A DNA stretch of 64,000 nt from Nitrospirota bacterium (GTDB lineage Bacteria > Nitrospirota > Thermodesulfovibrionia > Thermodesulfovibrionales > Dissulfurispiraceae), in NCBI GenBank assembly GCA_040758355.1, contig JBFLWF010000013.1:10688-74687 (forward strand), in the 5' to 3' direction. Under the pieces are notes generated by a model. That model made no database searches. It was not told the DNA's origin and saw only the letters and a program-made list of their open reading frames with translations. The translations under genes and the position numbers were made by a program. Each line of letters starts with the position of its first letter. Within the stretch, counting starts at the first letter, position 1. Of the stretch, positions 41,886 through 51,234 are shown in pieces.

Positions 41886-43544
41886 ATGCCCGAAGAAAAA
41901 AAGCCAAAAATCCTCATAGTCGATGACGACCCCACAGACCTGAAATTTCTGACCACTCTTATAACTTATTTCAGATATGATTTCGAGACCGCCACAAATG
42001 GCATAGAAGCCATAGAAAAGGCAAAAAAAACAAATCCCGATGTCATACTCCTCGATGTCTTAATGCCCGAGATGAACGGAATCGAGGCGTGCAAGATACT
42101 GAAGGAAGACCCGGAAACCCGACATATTCCAATCATGATACTAACTGCATATGGAGATAAAGAAACAAGGATCGAATGCCTGAATGCAGGTGCTAACGAC
42201 TTCCTTTCAAAGCCCGTGGACAATACAGAGCTTATGGCAAGAATCAAAAACTTCTTGCAGCTTAAATATCTTGAAGACATTAAGATAAAAAATGAAATTC
42301 TGACAGAAACAATTAAAGCCATTGAGAATGCCAAGAGAGAGTGGGAACAAACCCTTGACTGCATAGGTGACATAGTAATGTTAATCGATGCAAAGGATAA
42401 TATTTTAAGATGCAACAAAATATTGACCACATTAACCGGTAAGTCTTATGACAACTTGCTGAACCGCAAATGGCAGGACATCCTTCGAGAAGGAGGATTC
42501 AGTTACAAGATCAGCAATTCTGGGGCGGTAGAGTTTTCGCATCCGAGTGGTAGATATTTTAACTACAACATCTACCATATCAGACCGCAGAACATCCCCG
42601 CCGGATATACATCAGTAATAACACTCCAGGATATAACGGATTTAAGACACCTGTCAGAAGAAATCAAAAAAAGCAAAGAAATCATGGAAGAGAAAAACAA
42701 AGAACTTGAAACCGCATATGCCGAACTCAAAGCAGCCCAATCACGGATAATACAGTCCGAAAAGATGGCATCTATCGGCCAGCTCGCAGCAGGCATTGCA
42801 CACGAGATAAACAACCCAGTTGGATTTATAATGAGCAACCTCGGTTCGCTTTTAAAGTATTCCGATAAATTATCGCAATTTATAAAAATCCAATCAGAGG
42901 CAATCGAAAAAGTCTCAACACAAAAAGAGGACATTAACAAAATACTCGATACAATAAAAGAAACCAGGAAATCACTCAAGGTCGATTACATAACAGAGGA
43001 CATAAACAATCTCATCAAGGAGTCCATCGATGGTACTGAAAGGGTCAAAAAGATAGTTCAGGATTTAAAGAGCTTTTCGAGGGTTGATGAGGCTGAATGG
43101 AAAATGGCTGACATCAATGCAGGAATAGAGAGCACAATAAACATCGTATGGAACGAGCTTAAATATAAGGCAACAGTGAAGAAGGAATACGGAGACATCC
43201 CTTTAACAAAATGCAATCCCGGACAGTTGAATCAGGTATTCATGAACATACTTATCAATGCAGCACATGCAATACAAAAGCAGGGGGAGATTACGGTAAA
43301 GACATGGCATGGCAATGGTAATATCTTCATTTCAATCTCCGATACCGGAATTGGAATATCTAAGGAAAACATAAGCAGGATATTCGAGCCTTTTTTCACA
43401 ACAAAGGAGGTTGGAAAAGGAACAGGGCTCGGTTTGAGCATAGCTTATGACATTGCGAGAAGACATAAAGGTGATATAATAGTTGATAGTGAAGCGGGAA
43501 AAGGGACAACATTTACTGTGAAAATCCCTGTTGTAAAAAAATGA
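41886..43544 (+). CDS. REC-PAS-histidine kinase (cytoplasmic)
   Basis: N-terminal REC (LLDVLMPEM), AHEINNPVGF, GKGTGLGL. Confidence 0.92.
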   Translation: MPEEKKPKILIVDDDPTDLKFLTTLITYFRYDFETATNGIEAIEKAKKTNPDVILLDVLMPEMNGIEACKILKEDPETRHIPIMILTAYGDKETRIECLNAGANDFLSKPVDNTELMARIKNFLQLKYLEDIKIKNEILTETIKAIENAKREWEQTLDCIGDIVMLIDAKDNILRCNKILTTLTGKSYDNLLNRKWQDILREGGFSYKISNSGAVEFSHPSGRYFNYNIYHIRPQNIPAGYTSVITLQDITDLRHLSEEIKKSKEIMEEKNKELETAYAELKAAQSRIIQSEKMASIGQLAAGIAHEINNPVGFIMSNLGSLLKYSDKLSQFIKIQSEAIEKVSTQKEDINKILDTIKETRKSLKVDYITEDINNLIKESIDGTERVKKIVQDLKSFSRVDEAEWKMADINAGIESTINIVWNELKYKATVKKEYGDIPLTKCNPGQLNQVFMNILINAAHAIQKQGEITVKTWHGNGNIFISISDTGIGISKENISRIFEPFFTTKEVGKGTGLGLSIAYDIARRHKGDIIVDSEAGKGTTFTVKIPVVKK

Positions 43545-43566
43545 ATTGAAATAAGGAAACAGATCG

Positions 43567-45462
43567 ATGGGCAGAGAACTCAAGAAAGACCATAATACAG
43601 ACAGATATTCATACGAGTTCTACAAAACTGTTCTCAATGGCATAAATGACTCCATCTGTATTATTGATACCGATGATTTAAGCATAGTCTCGGTCAATGA
43701 CGCATTTTTAAAGGAGTACGGCTTAACGGAAAAAGATGTAATCGGAAAGAAATGTCATGAAATAACCCATAACAGGCAAACCGTATGTCTTCCGCCATAT
43801 GATCCATGCCCTCTCAATGAGACTCTGAGAACAGGAGCGCATGCAGCATTCGAACACATCCATTATACAAAAAGAGGAGAGAGAATATATGTCGAGGTAT
43901 CGGCACATCCGTTGAAGGATAACAAAGGGAGGGTTATTCAGGCGATACATGTATCAAGAAACATAACGCATCTCAAGGAAACAGAAAACTCCCTTCGCAA
44001 AAAACAGGATGAACTCCTTAAAAAAACCGAGGAATTGACCGGTGTTTTAAAAAATGTGGAAACAATAAAAAAAGAGTGGGAAACCACCATGGATTGCATA
44101 GAGGATATGGTTATGATTGTCGACAAAGACGATAAAATCCAGAGATGCAATATGGCGGTAAGGAAATTTACCGCGAAGACCTATGATGAAATACTCGGCA
44201 AAAACTGGAAAACATTGCTTATGGAGCATGGCATAAAATTCGGCGATGAGAATATTTATCATTATGTAAAAAGGGATATAGAGTTTGTTGATGAGACAAA
44301 AGGAGGCTGGTTTTCGATTAACTCCTATCCGTATAAGATATTGTCGGGAGAAAAGGAAGGCTCCGTTATAACCGTGCATGATACAACCGAGATAAAAACC
44401 CTTATGGAGTCCCTCAAGATAACGAACGAAGTCCTCGAAAAAGATCGAAAGGAGTTGCAGCTTGCGCTCGATGAGATATCCTTTCTTATGCAGGAAGTCA
44501 GAAAGAGAAAAGATATCAGTGTAAGATTCAATACATCGGATTTTTCCGGATCGGATGTCATATTCGGAATCGCCGGGCACTTTAATGAAATGATGGCTAT
44601 TCTCGAATCCCAGCACAAAGAACTCGAAAATGCATATTCCGAATTAAAGTCTGCCCAATCACAGCTATTGCAGTCCGAAAAGATGGCATCTATCGGCCAG
44701 CTTGCAGCAGGTGTTGCGCATGAGATCAACAATCCCGTTGGATTCATAATGAGCAATCTTGGTTCTTTGCAAAGATATATTGGAAGGCTCTCTGAATTTA
44801 TAAAGGCGCAGACAGAGGCAATTGGGCAGTTAGGGGTTACGGGTTCGGAGTTTGAAGAGATACAGAAAAAGGTGAATGAATTTAAAAAATCACTGAAGAT
44901 CGATTACATAATGGATGATTTAAACAACCTCATCAAGGAGTCTCTCGATGGTGCAGAGAGGGTCAAAAAGATAGTTCAGGACTTAAAGAGCTTTTCAAGG
45001 GTTGATGAGGCTGAATGGAAGATGGCTGACATCAATTCATGCATAGAAAGCACGATAAATATAGTATGGAATGAGCTCAAGTACAAGGCAACAATAAAAA
45101 AGGAATATGGAAACATACCTTTAACAAAATGCAATCCCGGACAATTGAATCAGGTATTTATGAACATGCTGGTAAATGCAGCATACGCAATAGAGAAACA
45201 GGGAGAGATTACAATAAAAACATGGCTTGAAAATGGGTATATTTATGTTTCTATTTCGGACACGGGCTGTGGAATCCCCGCAGATAAAATCAATAGGATA
45301 TTCGAGCCATTTTTCACAACAAAGGAGGTAGGAAAAGGAACAGGGCTCGGTTTAAGCATAGCATATGATATTATGAAGAAACATAATGGAGAAATAAATG
45401 TAGAGAGCGAAGCGGGAAAAGGCACGACATTTACTGTGAAAATCCCTGTCGTGGAGAGATAG
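43567..45462 (+). CDS. PAS-PAS histidine kinase (cytoplasmic)
   Basis: PAS with KCHE...CP motif, AHEINNPVGF, GKGTGLGL. Confidence 0.92.
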   Translation: MGRELKKDHNTDRYSYEFYKTVLNGINDSICIIDTDDLSIVSVNDAFLKEYGLTEKDVIGKKCHEITHNRQTVCLPPYDPCPLNETLRTGAHAAFEHIHYTKRGERIYVEVSAHPLKDNKGRVIQAIHVSRNITHLKETENSLRKKQDELLKKTEELTGVLKNVETIKKEWETTMDCIEDMVMIVDKDDKIQRCNMAVRKFTAKTYDEILGKNWKTLLMEHGIKFGDENIYHYVKRDIEFVDETKGGWFSINSYPYKILSGEKEGSVITVHDTTEIKTLMESLKITNEVLEKDRKELQLALDEISFLMQEVRKRKDISVRFNTSDFSGSDVIFGIAGHFNEMMAILESQHKELENAYSELKSAQSQLLQSEKMASIGQLAAGVAHEINNPVGFIMSNLGSLQRYIGRLSEFIKAQTEAIGQLGVTGSEFEEIQKKVNEFKKSLKIDYIMDDLNNLIKESLDGAERVKKIVQDLKSFSRVDEAEWKMADINSCIESTINIVWNELKYKATIKKEYGNIPLTKCNPGQLNQVFMNMLVNAAYAIEKQGEITIKTWLENGYIYVSISDTGCGIPADKINRIFEPFFTTKEVGKGTGLGLSIAYDIMKKHNGEINVESEAGKGTTFTVKIPVVER

Positions 45463-45473
45463 CTCTCAGCCTT

Positions 45474-45560
45474 TGTCATTCCTGCGGAAGCAGGAATCCA
45501 GAGGCATAGATTCCCGTTCCCCGATTAAGAACTTCGGGGACAGGTTTCACGGGAATGACA
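45474..45560. repeat. REP-like palindromic element, copy 1, with a nested hairpin
   Basis: TGTCATTCCTGCGGAAGCAGGAATCCAG...GGGAATGACA. Confidence 0.85.
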
Positions 45561-45576
45561 GGAATTAGGAGTAATT

Positions 45577-46380
45577 ATGAATGGAGAGATAAAAATACTG
45601 TGCGTGGACGACGAGCCGAATGTCCTCAATGCATTGAAAAGGTTATTCCTCGACGAACCGTATACTATTTTAACTGCTGCTTCAGGACAGGAAGGTCTCG
45701 AAATTATCGAAAAGGAAGATGTCCAGATAATCATATCCGATTATCGCATGCCCGGTATGAACGGGGTGGATTTTCTAAAAGAGGCACGGAAAAAATGGCC
45801 TGATACCGTCAGGATCGTACTTTCCGGTTATGCCGACACCGCAGCCATTGTCTCGGCCATAAATGAAGGACAGATATATAAATTCGTTCCCAAACCGTGG
45901 AATGATGACGAATTAAAGGTTACCATTTCAAATGCCGTTGAGCGGTATTATCTTTTTTTAAAAAATATGGAACTCACAGAAGAGCTCCGGAGGAAAAACA
46001 ACGAACTCACAAAGCTGAATAAAGAGTTGAAATCCCATCTTGCATTCAGGGCAAGGGCATTGGCTATCCAGCAGAACATCCTCGATGCAATGCCTGTGGG
46101 AATTGTAGGGATTGACTTTAACAATTTAGTGGTTTTATGCAATTCAACATGGATAGATATAACAAATACCAGATGGCAATTATTAGGACAAAGCATAGAA
46201 TCCGCCGGCTGGCCTGAATGTATAAAAGACTTTGTGGGGGAGGTCAAAGACAGGCACAAGGCCGCGAAAAAAATAGAGATAAACGGTATTTACGGCAGGC
46301 TTTCGGGTGCTATAATGGATTATGGCGACGACCAGAAGGGCATAATCCTTGTCTTCAGCCAGGAGAATGATGTTTTATGA
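45577..46380 (+). CDS. Response regulator (REC-coiled coil-PAS-like)
   Basis: VDDE, ISDYRMPGM, YKFVPKPWNDDEL; C-terminal ILDAMPVGIV. Confidence 0.88.
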   Translation: MNGEIKILCVDDEPNVLNALKRLFLDEPYTILTAASGQEGLEIIEKEDVQIIISDYRMPGMNGVDFLKEARKKWPDTVRIVLSGYADTAAIVSAINEGQIYKFVPKPWNDDELKVTISNAVERYYLFLKNMELTEELRRKNNELTKLNKELKSHLAFRARALAIQQNILDAMPVGIVGIDFNNLVVLCNSTWIDITNTRWQLLGQSIESAGWPECIKDFVGEVKDRHKAAKKIEINGIYGRLSGAIMDYGDDQKGIILVFSQENDVL

Positions 46381-47333
46381 ATGATTCGGTTTTGTTTGTG
46401 GATGACGAAGCCAATGTGCTGAACTCCTTGAAGAGGCTTTTCATGGACAGCGACATCAGAATCATGACTGCCATGAATGCATTTGAGGCCATGGACATAT
46501 TAAATAACAACAGCATCTCTGTTATTGTCTCTGACAACCGCATGCCCGGAATGACAGGAATCGAACTCCTGCAAAATGCAAAAGATATATCTCCAGACAG
46601 CGTAAGAATCCTGATAACCGCCTATGCGGATATGAAATCTGCAATAGATGCCATCAACAAAGGAGAGGTGTACAAGTTCATAACAAAACCATGGAATGAC
46701 CACGACTTCAAGGAGATTGTTTTTAATGCGCTCCACAGATACGATTTCATCAAATCTTGCAGAAGGGCTGACGAGGCCACCCTGCTCTCTTTAGCCCAGA
46801 CTATCGAGCTGAAAGACCCTTATACGAGAGGTCACTGCGACAGGGTGGCAAATTATGCAGTCAGGCTAGCAGAGGCTTTAGGCTTATCAGGAGAGAAGCA
46901 AAAAAACATCAGATACGGAAGCTGGCTTCATGATTGTGGCAAAATAGGGGTTCCTGAGGCCATACTCAACAACAACGGTCCTCTATCTCCAGAGCAAATG
47001 GAGATAGTAAAGAATCACAGCAGATGGGGAGCAGATGTTGCGCGGCTGGCTCAACTGCCAGAGGCTGTCATAAACATCATCCTCTACCACCACGAGAGAT
47101 ATGACGGCAAAGGTTATCCTCTGGGATTGAAGGGCAGCAACATTCCAATCGAGGCAAGAATAGTTACTGTTGCGGATACCTATGATGCCCTGACATCGGA
47201 TAGGCCATACAGGGACAAAGTGGCGCACGGAACTGCAGTAGAATTTTTAACAAAATTTAAGGGCCAATTCTTTGACCCTGAGGTCGTGGATGCCTTTTTA
47301 AAGCTCATGGAAGAAAAACGTTTTGAGGCTTAA
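46377..47333 (+). CDS. REC-HD-GYP cyclic dinucleotide phosphodiesterase
   Basis: DPYTRGHCDRV, LHDCGK, HHERYDGKGYP, RPYR. Confidence 0.93.
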   Translation: MNDSVLFVDDEANVLNSLKRLFMDSDIRIMTAMNAFEAMDILNNNSISVIVSDNRMPGMTGIELLQNAKDISPDSVRILITAYADMKSAIDAINKGEVYKFITKPWNDHDFKEIVFNALHRYDFIKSCRRADEATLLSLAQTIELKDPYTRGHCDRVANYAVRLAEALGLSGEKQKNIRYGSWLHDCGKIGVPEAILNNNGPLSPEQMEIVKNHSRWGADVARLAQLPEAVINIILYHHERYDGKGYPLGLKGSNIPIEARIVTVADTYDALTSDRPYRDKVAHGTAVEFLTKFKGQFFDPEVVDAFLKLMEEKRFEA

Positions 47334-47354
47334 TAGAATATTAAGGGGGTAGAA

Positions 47355-47888
47355 ATGGACGAAAAGGTCAAGATACTATTTGTGGACGACGAGGAGAATG
47401 TGCTCACTGCGCTGAAAAGGGTCTTTCTCGATACAGATTATGTAATACTTGCAGCGCCATCAGGGAAGGAAGCACTGAAGATTCTGGAGACAAACGATGT
47501 TCAGGTCATTGTCTCGGATTACCGAATGCCTGAAATGAACGGAGTCGAATTTTTAAAAATTGTAAGGGAGCAATGGAACGATATAATAAGAATAATTCTT
47601 TCGGGTTATGCAGACCTGAATGCATTGATTACAGCCGTAAACGAGGGCCATATCTACAAATTCATAGCCAAGCCATGGAATGACGACGAATTGAGAATTA
47701 CCATATCCAATGCCCTCGACAGATACTTTCTCCATAAGAAAAACCTCGAACTGACATCCGAACTCGAGGAAAAAAACAGGCAGCTCGTGATGTTAAACGC
47801 CAAATTAAAGGAATTCATGGAGCAGCAGGAGGCTCAACTCGATTTTTTACGCAAAGAACTGGAAAAGGCCCAGAAAAACAATATTTAA
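47355..47888 (+). CDS. Response regulator (REC-coiled coil)
   Basis: VDDE, VSDYRMPEM, YKFIAKPWNDDEL. Confidence 0.9.
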   Translation: MDEKVKILFVDDEENVLTALKRVFLDTDYVILAAPSGKEALKILETNDVQVIVSDYRMPEMNGVEFLKIVREQWNDIIRIILSGYADLNALITAVNEGHIYKFIAKPWNDDELRITISNALDRYFLHKKNLELTSELEEKNRQLVMLNAKLKEFMEQQEAQLDFLRKELEKAQKNNI

Positions 47889-47901
47889 AGGCAATATTTA
47901 A

Positions 47902-49224
47902 ATGGCAACGGTTCAAAAAAATGAAATATTCAATGTCCTCTTTGTAGACGATGAGGAAAATATCCTCCGCTCAATGAAGCGGCTGTTTATGGGTGTGAAA
48001 GGCATAAACATCCTCACAGCCATGTCAGGCAAGGAGGGCCTCGGAATTTTGAAAAACAACGAGGTTGCCGTCATAGTCTCCGACCAGAAGATGCCTGAAA
48101 TGAGCGGCCCGGAATTCCTCGAAAAGGCAAAAAAGATGCAGCCCGAATCAGTGAGGATTGTACTGACAGGCTATGCCGATATCGATGCTGCAATGGATGC
48201 AATAAATAAGGGAGGCGCATCGAAGTATATAACAAAGCCATGGGACGACAACGACTTGATGCTGACCGTACTGAATTCGGTAGAAACATACAGCCTGAAA
48301 AAGGAAAATAAGCGCCTTACAGAACTCACAAGGAAACAGAACGAAGAATTGAAAAAATGGAGCTCCGAGCTCGAATTTTACGTCCAGCAGCAGACAGTAG
48401 ACCTGACGAAACAGAACAAAGAACTGAACAAGCTCAACGAAAAGTTGAGAAAAAATTTCAGGGATTTCATCTCTGCATTTTATAATCTTATTGAGCTGCG
48501 CAATAAGATCATCTATATCCACTCGAATAATGTCGCAACCCTTGTCTCTGAAATGATTCATAAGATGAGGCTGTCTCATGCGGAATCGGAAAACGCGGTC
48601 GTGGCTGCACAACTGCATGACATCGGCAAGATTGGTGTTTCCGATGCCATGCTGATAAAAAACTTTAACGAATTCTCCGCAGAAGAAAAAGCGGAATATA
48701 TAAAGCACCCTGTAATAGGGCAGACCGTCATTGATTCCGTTGAGGAACTTCGGGATGTCGGCATCCTCATCAGACACCACCACGAATGGTATAACGGAGA
48801 CGGATTCCCTGACAGGCTAAGGTATGAAAAGATACCTCTTGGCTCACGGGTCATTGCCATTGCCGATAAATTCGACAGATTGACAAATACCGGCAGGGAC
48901 TCTCTGAATACTGAAAGCGCATTGCAAAAAATAAAGACCCTTCTCGGCACCCAATTTGATCCGGACCTGTACCCATTCCTGTGCGAGGTGGCGCATGAAA
49001 GGATTACAACCGCAATTCCTGAAACAGAGGATGTAGAGGTCGAAATGAAACCAAATGACCTTGTTCCGGGCATTGTTTTATCAAGGGATGTCAGGAGCGG
49101 CACAGGACTGCTGCTCTTAAAAAAAGGGACGACCCTTAATGATAAAAACATAGATACCTTAAAACGGGGATACCATCTCGATCCATCAAAGAGCGGAATA
49201 TTTGTATGGGGGAGAAGAAAATAA
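47902..49224 (+). CDS. REC-HD-GYP-like protein (GFP variant) with C-terminal extension
   Basis: VSDQKMPEM, LHDIGK, HHHEWYNGDGFP; RPYR motif absent; tail LVPGIVLSRDVRSGTGLLLL. Confidence 0.88.
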   Translation: MATVQKNEIFNVLFVDDEENILRSMKRLFMGVKGINILTAMSGKEGLGILKNNEVAVIVSDQKMPEMSGPEFLEKAKKMQPESVRIVLTGYADIDAAMDAINKGGASKYITKPWDDNDLMLTVLNSVETYSLKKENKRLTELTRKQNEELKKWSSELEFYVQQQTVDLTKQNKELNKLNEKLRKNFRDFISAFYNLIELRNKIIYIHSNNVATLVSEMIHKMRLSHAESENAVVAAQLHDIGKIGVSDAMLIKNFNEFSAEEKAEYIKHPVIGQTVIDSVEELRDVGILIRHHHEWYNGDGFPDRLRYEKIPLGSRVIAIADKFDRLTNTGRDSLNTESALQKIKTLLGTQFDPDLYPFLCEVAHERITTAIPETEDVEVEMKPNDLVPGIVLSRDVRSGTGLLLLKKGTTLNDKNIDTLKRGYHLDPSKSGIFVWGRRK

Positions 49225-49225
49225 C

Positions 49226-49891
49226 ATGATTGAATACGATGAAATAGAGCAAAGGATGGTTTTAAAGCTCGTATATTACGGTCCTGCCATGTCAGGAAAA
49301 AGCACCAATCTCTTAAGGCTTCACGACATCCTCGATATCGAGGGCAGAGGCGATTTGATGACCCTCGACACAAAGGATGACCGAACCATATTCTTCGACC
49401 TGCTTCCGTTTTTCTTTACCGCACCGAGCGGATTGAAGATAAAGGTCAAGGTTTACACAGTACCGGGGCAGGTCCGCCATGATGCAACCAGAAAAGCAGT
49501 ATTGACGAGGGCTGACGGCATAGCATTTATTGCGGATTCGCAGATCTCGGAATCTGCGAATAATGTCGAAAGCTTCGAAAACCTCGAAAAGAACCTCGCC
49601 CTTGTGGGAATCAATGTAGAGAAGATACCCCTCGTTATACAATTTAATAAAAGGGATTTGAAGGATATTGTTTCGGAAGATGAAATTAAAAGAACATGGG
49701 AATCAACGGGCATACCTGTTTTTGTGGCATCCGCATTATACGGGCATGGTGTGCTCGAAACATTCAGAAGGCTTGTGGAGCTAACATATGATTACATCGA
49801 TATCCGCTACGGTCTGAAGGAAAAACATATGCTGACAAAAGAGATGTTTGTGGAAAATCTTACAAAGACAGTAGATAGTGAAATAGCATGA
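49226..49891 (+). CDS. MglA-family Ras-like small GTPase
   Basis: KLVYYGPAMSGKSTN, DRTIFFD, YTVPGQV, QFNKRDL, ASALYG; ATG at 49226. Confidence 0.92.
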   Translation: MIEYDEIEQRMVLKLVYYGPAMSGKSTNLLRLHDILDIEGRGDLMTLDTKDDRTIFFDLLPFFFTAPSGLKIKVKVYTVPGQVRHDATRKAVLTRADGIAFIADSQISESANNVESFENLEKNLALVGINVEKIPLVIQFNKRDLKDIVSEDEIKRTWESTGIPVFVASALYGHGVLETFRRLVELTYDYIDIRYGLKEKHMLTKEMFVENLTKTVDSEIA

Positions 49892-51234
49892 CAGGGCAAA
49901 CAGACAGGATAGATTTTTCCCTCGGGGCAGAGATGAGGCTTAAAGACATTCTAAGCACCACAGATGTGCTCCCTCTGTTAAAGGCAATAGTGGAGGCAGG
50001 CACAGACATGGCAGCCGTATCCGATGCAAAAGGGGAAATATTATGGGCAGAAGGCAGCGTGCCGGATAACAGGGAACTCCCTCAGTCTGTTATTAAAAGT
50101 CTATCTGACGGGAAATATGAAGATACAGGCTGGAGATTGTCGCCAATTTATCATGAGGGCGAGTTAGTCGGGTTCATCTTCATATCCGCACTGGGCCGAA
50201 TAAATGAAGAAATCCTTTCAGGCATTACAGGTATTGCCTTTGCAGGACTGAACGCAATTATAAAAAATATAGTAAAAAGGGTATTCACCACAGAACTGCA
50301 CACTACTGTTGTGCAAAGGTCTTATGAAGACCTCCTCGAAATCAACAAAAACTTAGCGGCCTCGGAAAAGAAATACAAGGAACTGTCGGAAACACTTGAG
50401 CAAAGGGTACAGGAGAGGACAGAGGAATTGAAAAGGGCATACACAAGACTGCTCCAGCAGGAGAAGATGGCATCCATAGGACAGCTTGCAGCAGGCGTTG
50501 CACATGAGATCAATAACCCGATAGGCTTCATATACAGCAATCTCAACACCTTTGGGAAATATGTTAAAAATCTTACAGAGATGCTCGAATTCTATAGAAG
50601 GCAAGAGGCTACGGATATTAGGCAAGAGACAGAGGAATTGTACAAGAAACTGAAAATCGATTTCATAACATCCGACATACAGGATTTAATTAAACAGAGC
50701 ACCGATGGCGCAGAGCGTATAAAAAACATTGTAGCCAACCTGAAAGGCTTTTCGCACATAGATGAGGCTGCCGACAGGGAAATGAGCATTAATGCAGAGA
50801 TGGACAATACCATCAGTGTGCTTTCATACGAGATAAAGGCAAGGTCGGCAGAGATCGTAAAACATTATGGTAAGATTGCAGGTTTCTTCGGCAATCCCGG
50901 GCTTATATGCCAGGCATTTCTTAATATTCTGTTAAACGCCCTGCACTCAAGAGATGATAATATCATAGTAACGATCAAGACAGAACAGCATGGGGACAAT
51001 GCAGTCATTTCCATTGCTGACAATGGAATAGGGATACCACCGGAAATACAGAGCCGCATATTTGAGCCATTCTTTACTACAAAGGATGTGGGCAGGGGCA
51101 CAGGCATGGGTCTGGCGGTGGCATATGATATTATTTCCCGATATGGAGGAAATATTGAAGTTAAGAGCGAGTTAGGCAAAGGATCGACCTTTGTAATAAC
51201 ATTACCTTTGAAAAAAGTTGGAGTGATGGAGTAA
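49888..51234 (+). CDS. Cytoplasmic histidine kinase with an uncharacterised N-terminal alpha/beta domain
   Basis: AHEINNPIGF, GRGTGMGL; ATGA overlap with the GTPase gene. Confidence 0.9.
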   Translation: MTGQTDRIDFSLGAEMRLKDILSTTDVLPLLKAIVEAGTDMAAVSDAKGEILWAEGSVPDNRELPQSVIKSLSDGKYEDTGWRLSPIYHEGELVGFIFISALGRINEEILSGITGIAFAGLNAIIKNIVKRVFTTELHTTVVQRSYEDLLEINKNLAASEKKYKELSETLEQRVQERTEELKRAYTRLLQQEKMASIGQLAAGVAHEINNPIGFIYSNLNTFGKYVKNLTEMLEFYRRQEATDIRQETEELYKKLKIDFITSDIQDLIKQSTDGAERIKNIVANLKGFSHIDEAADREMSINAEMDNTISVLSYEIKARSAEIVKHYGKIAGFFGNPGLICQAFLNILLNALHSRDDNIIVTIKTEQHGDNAVISIADNGIGIPPEIQSRIFEPFFTTKDVGRGTGMGLAVAYDIISRYGGNIEVKSELGKGSTFVITLPLKKVGVME

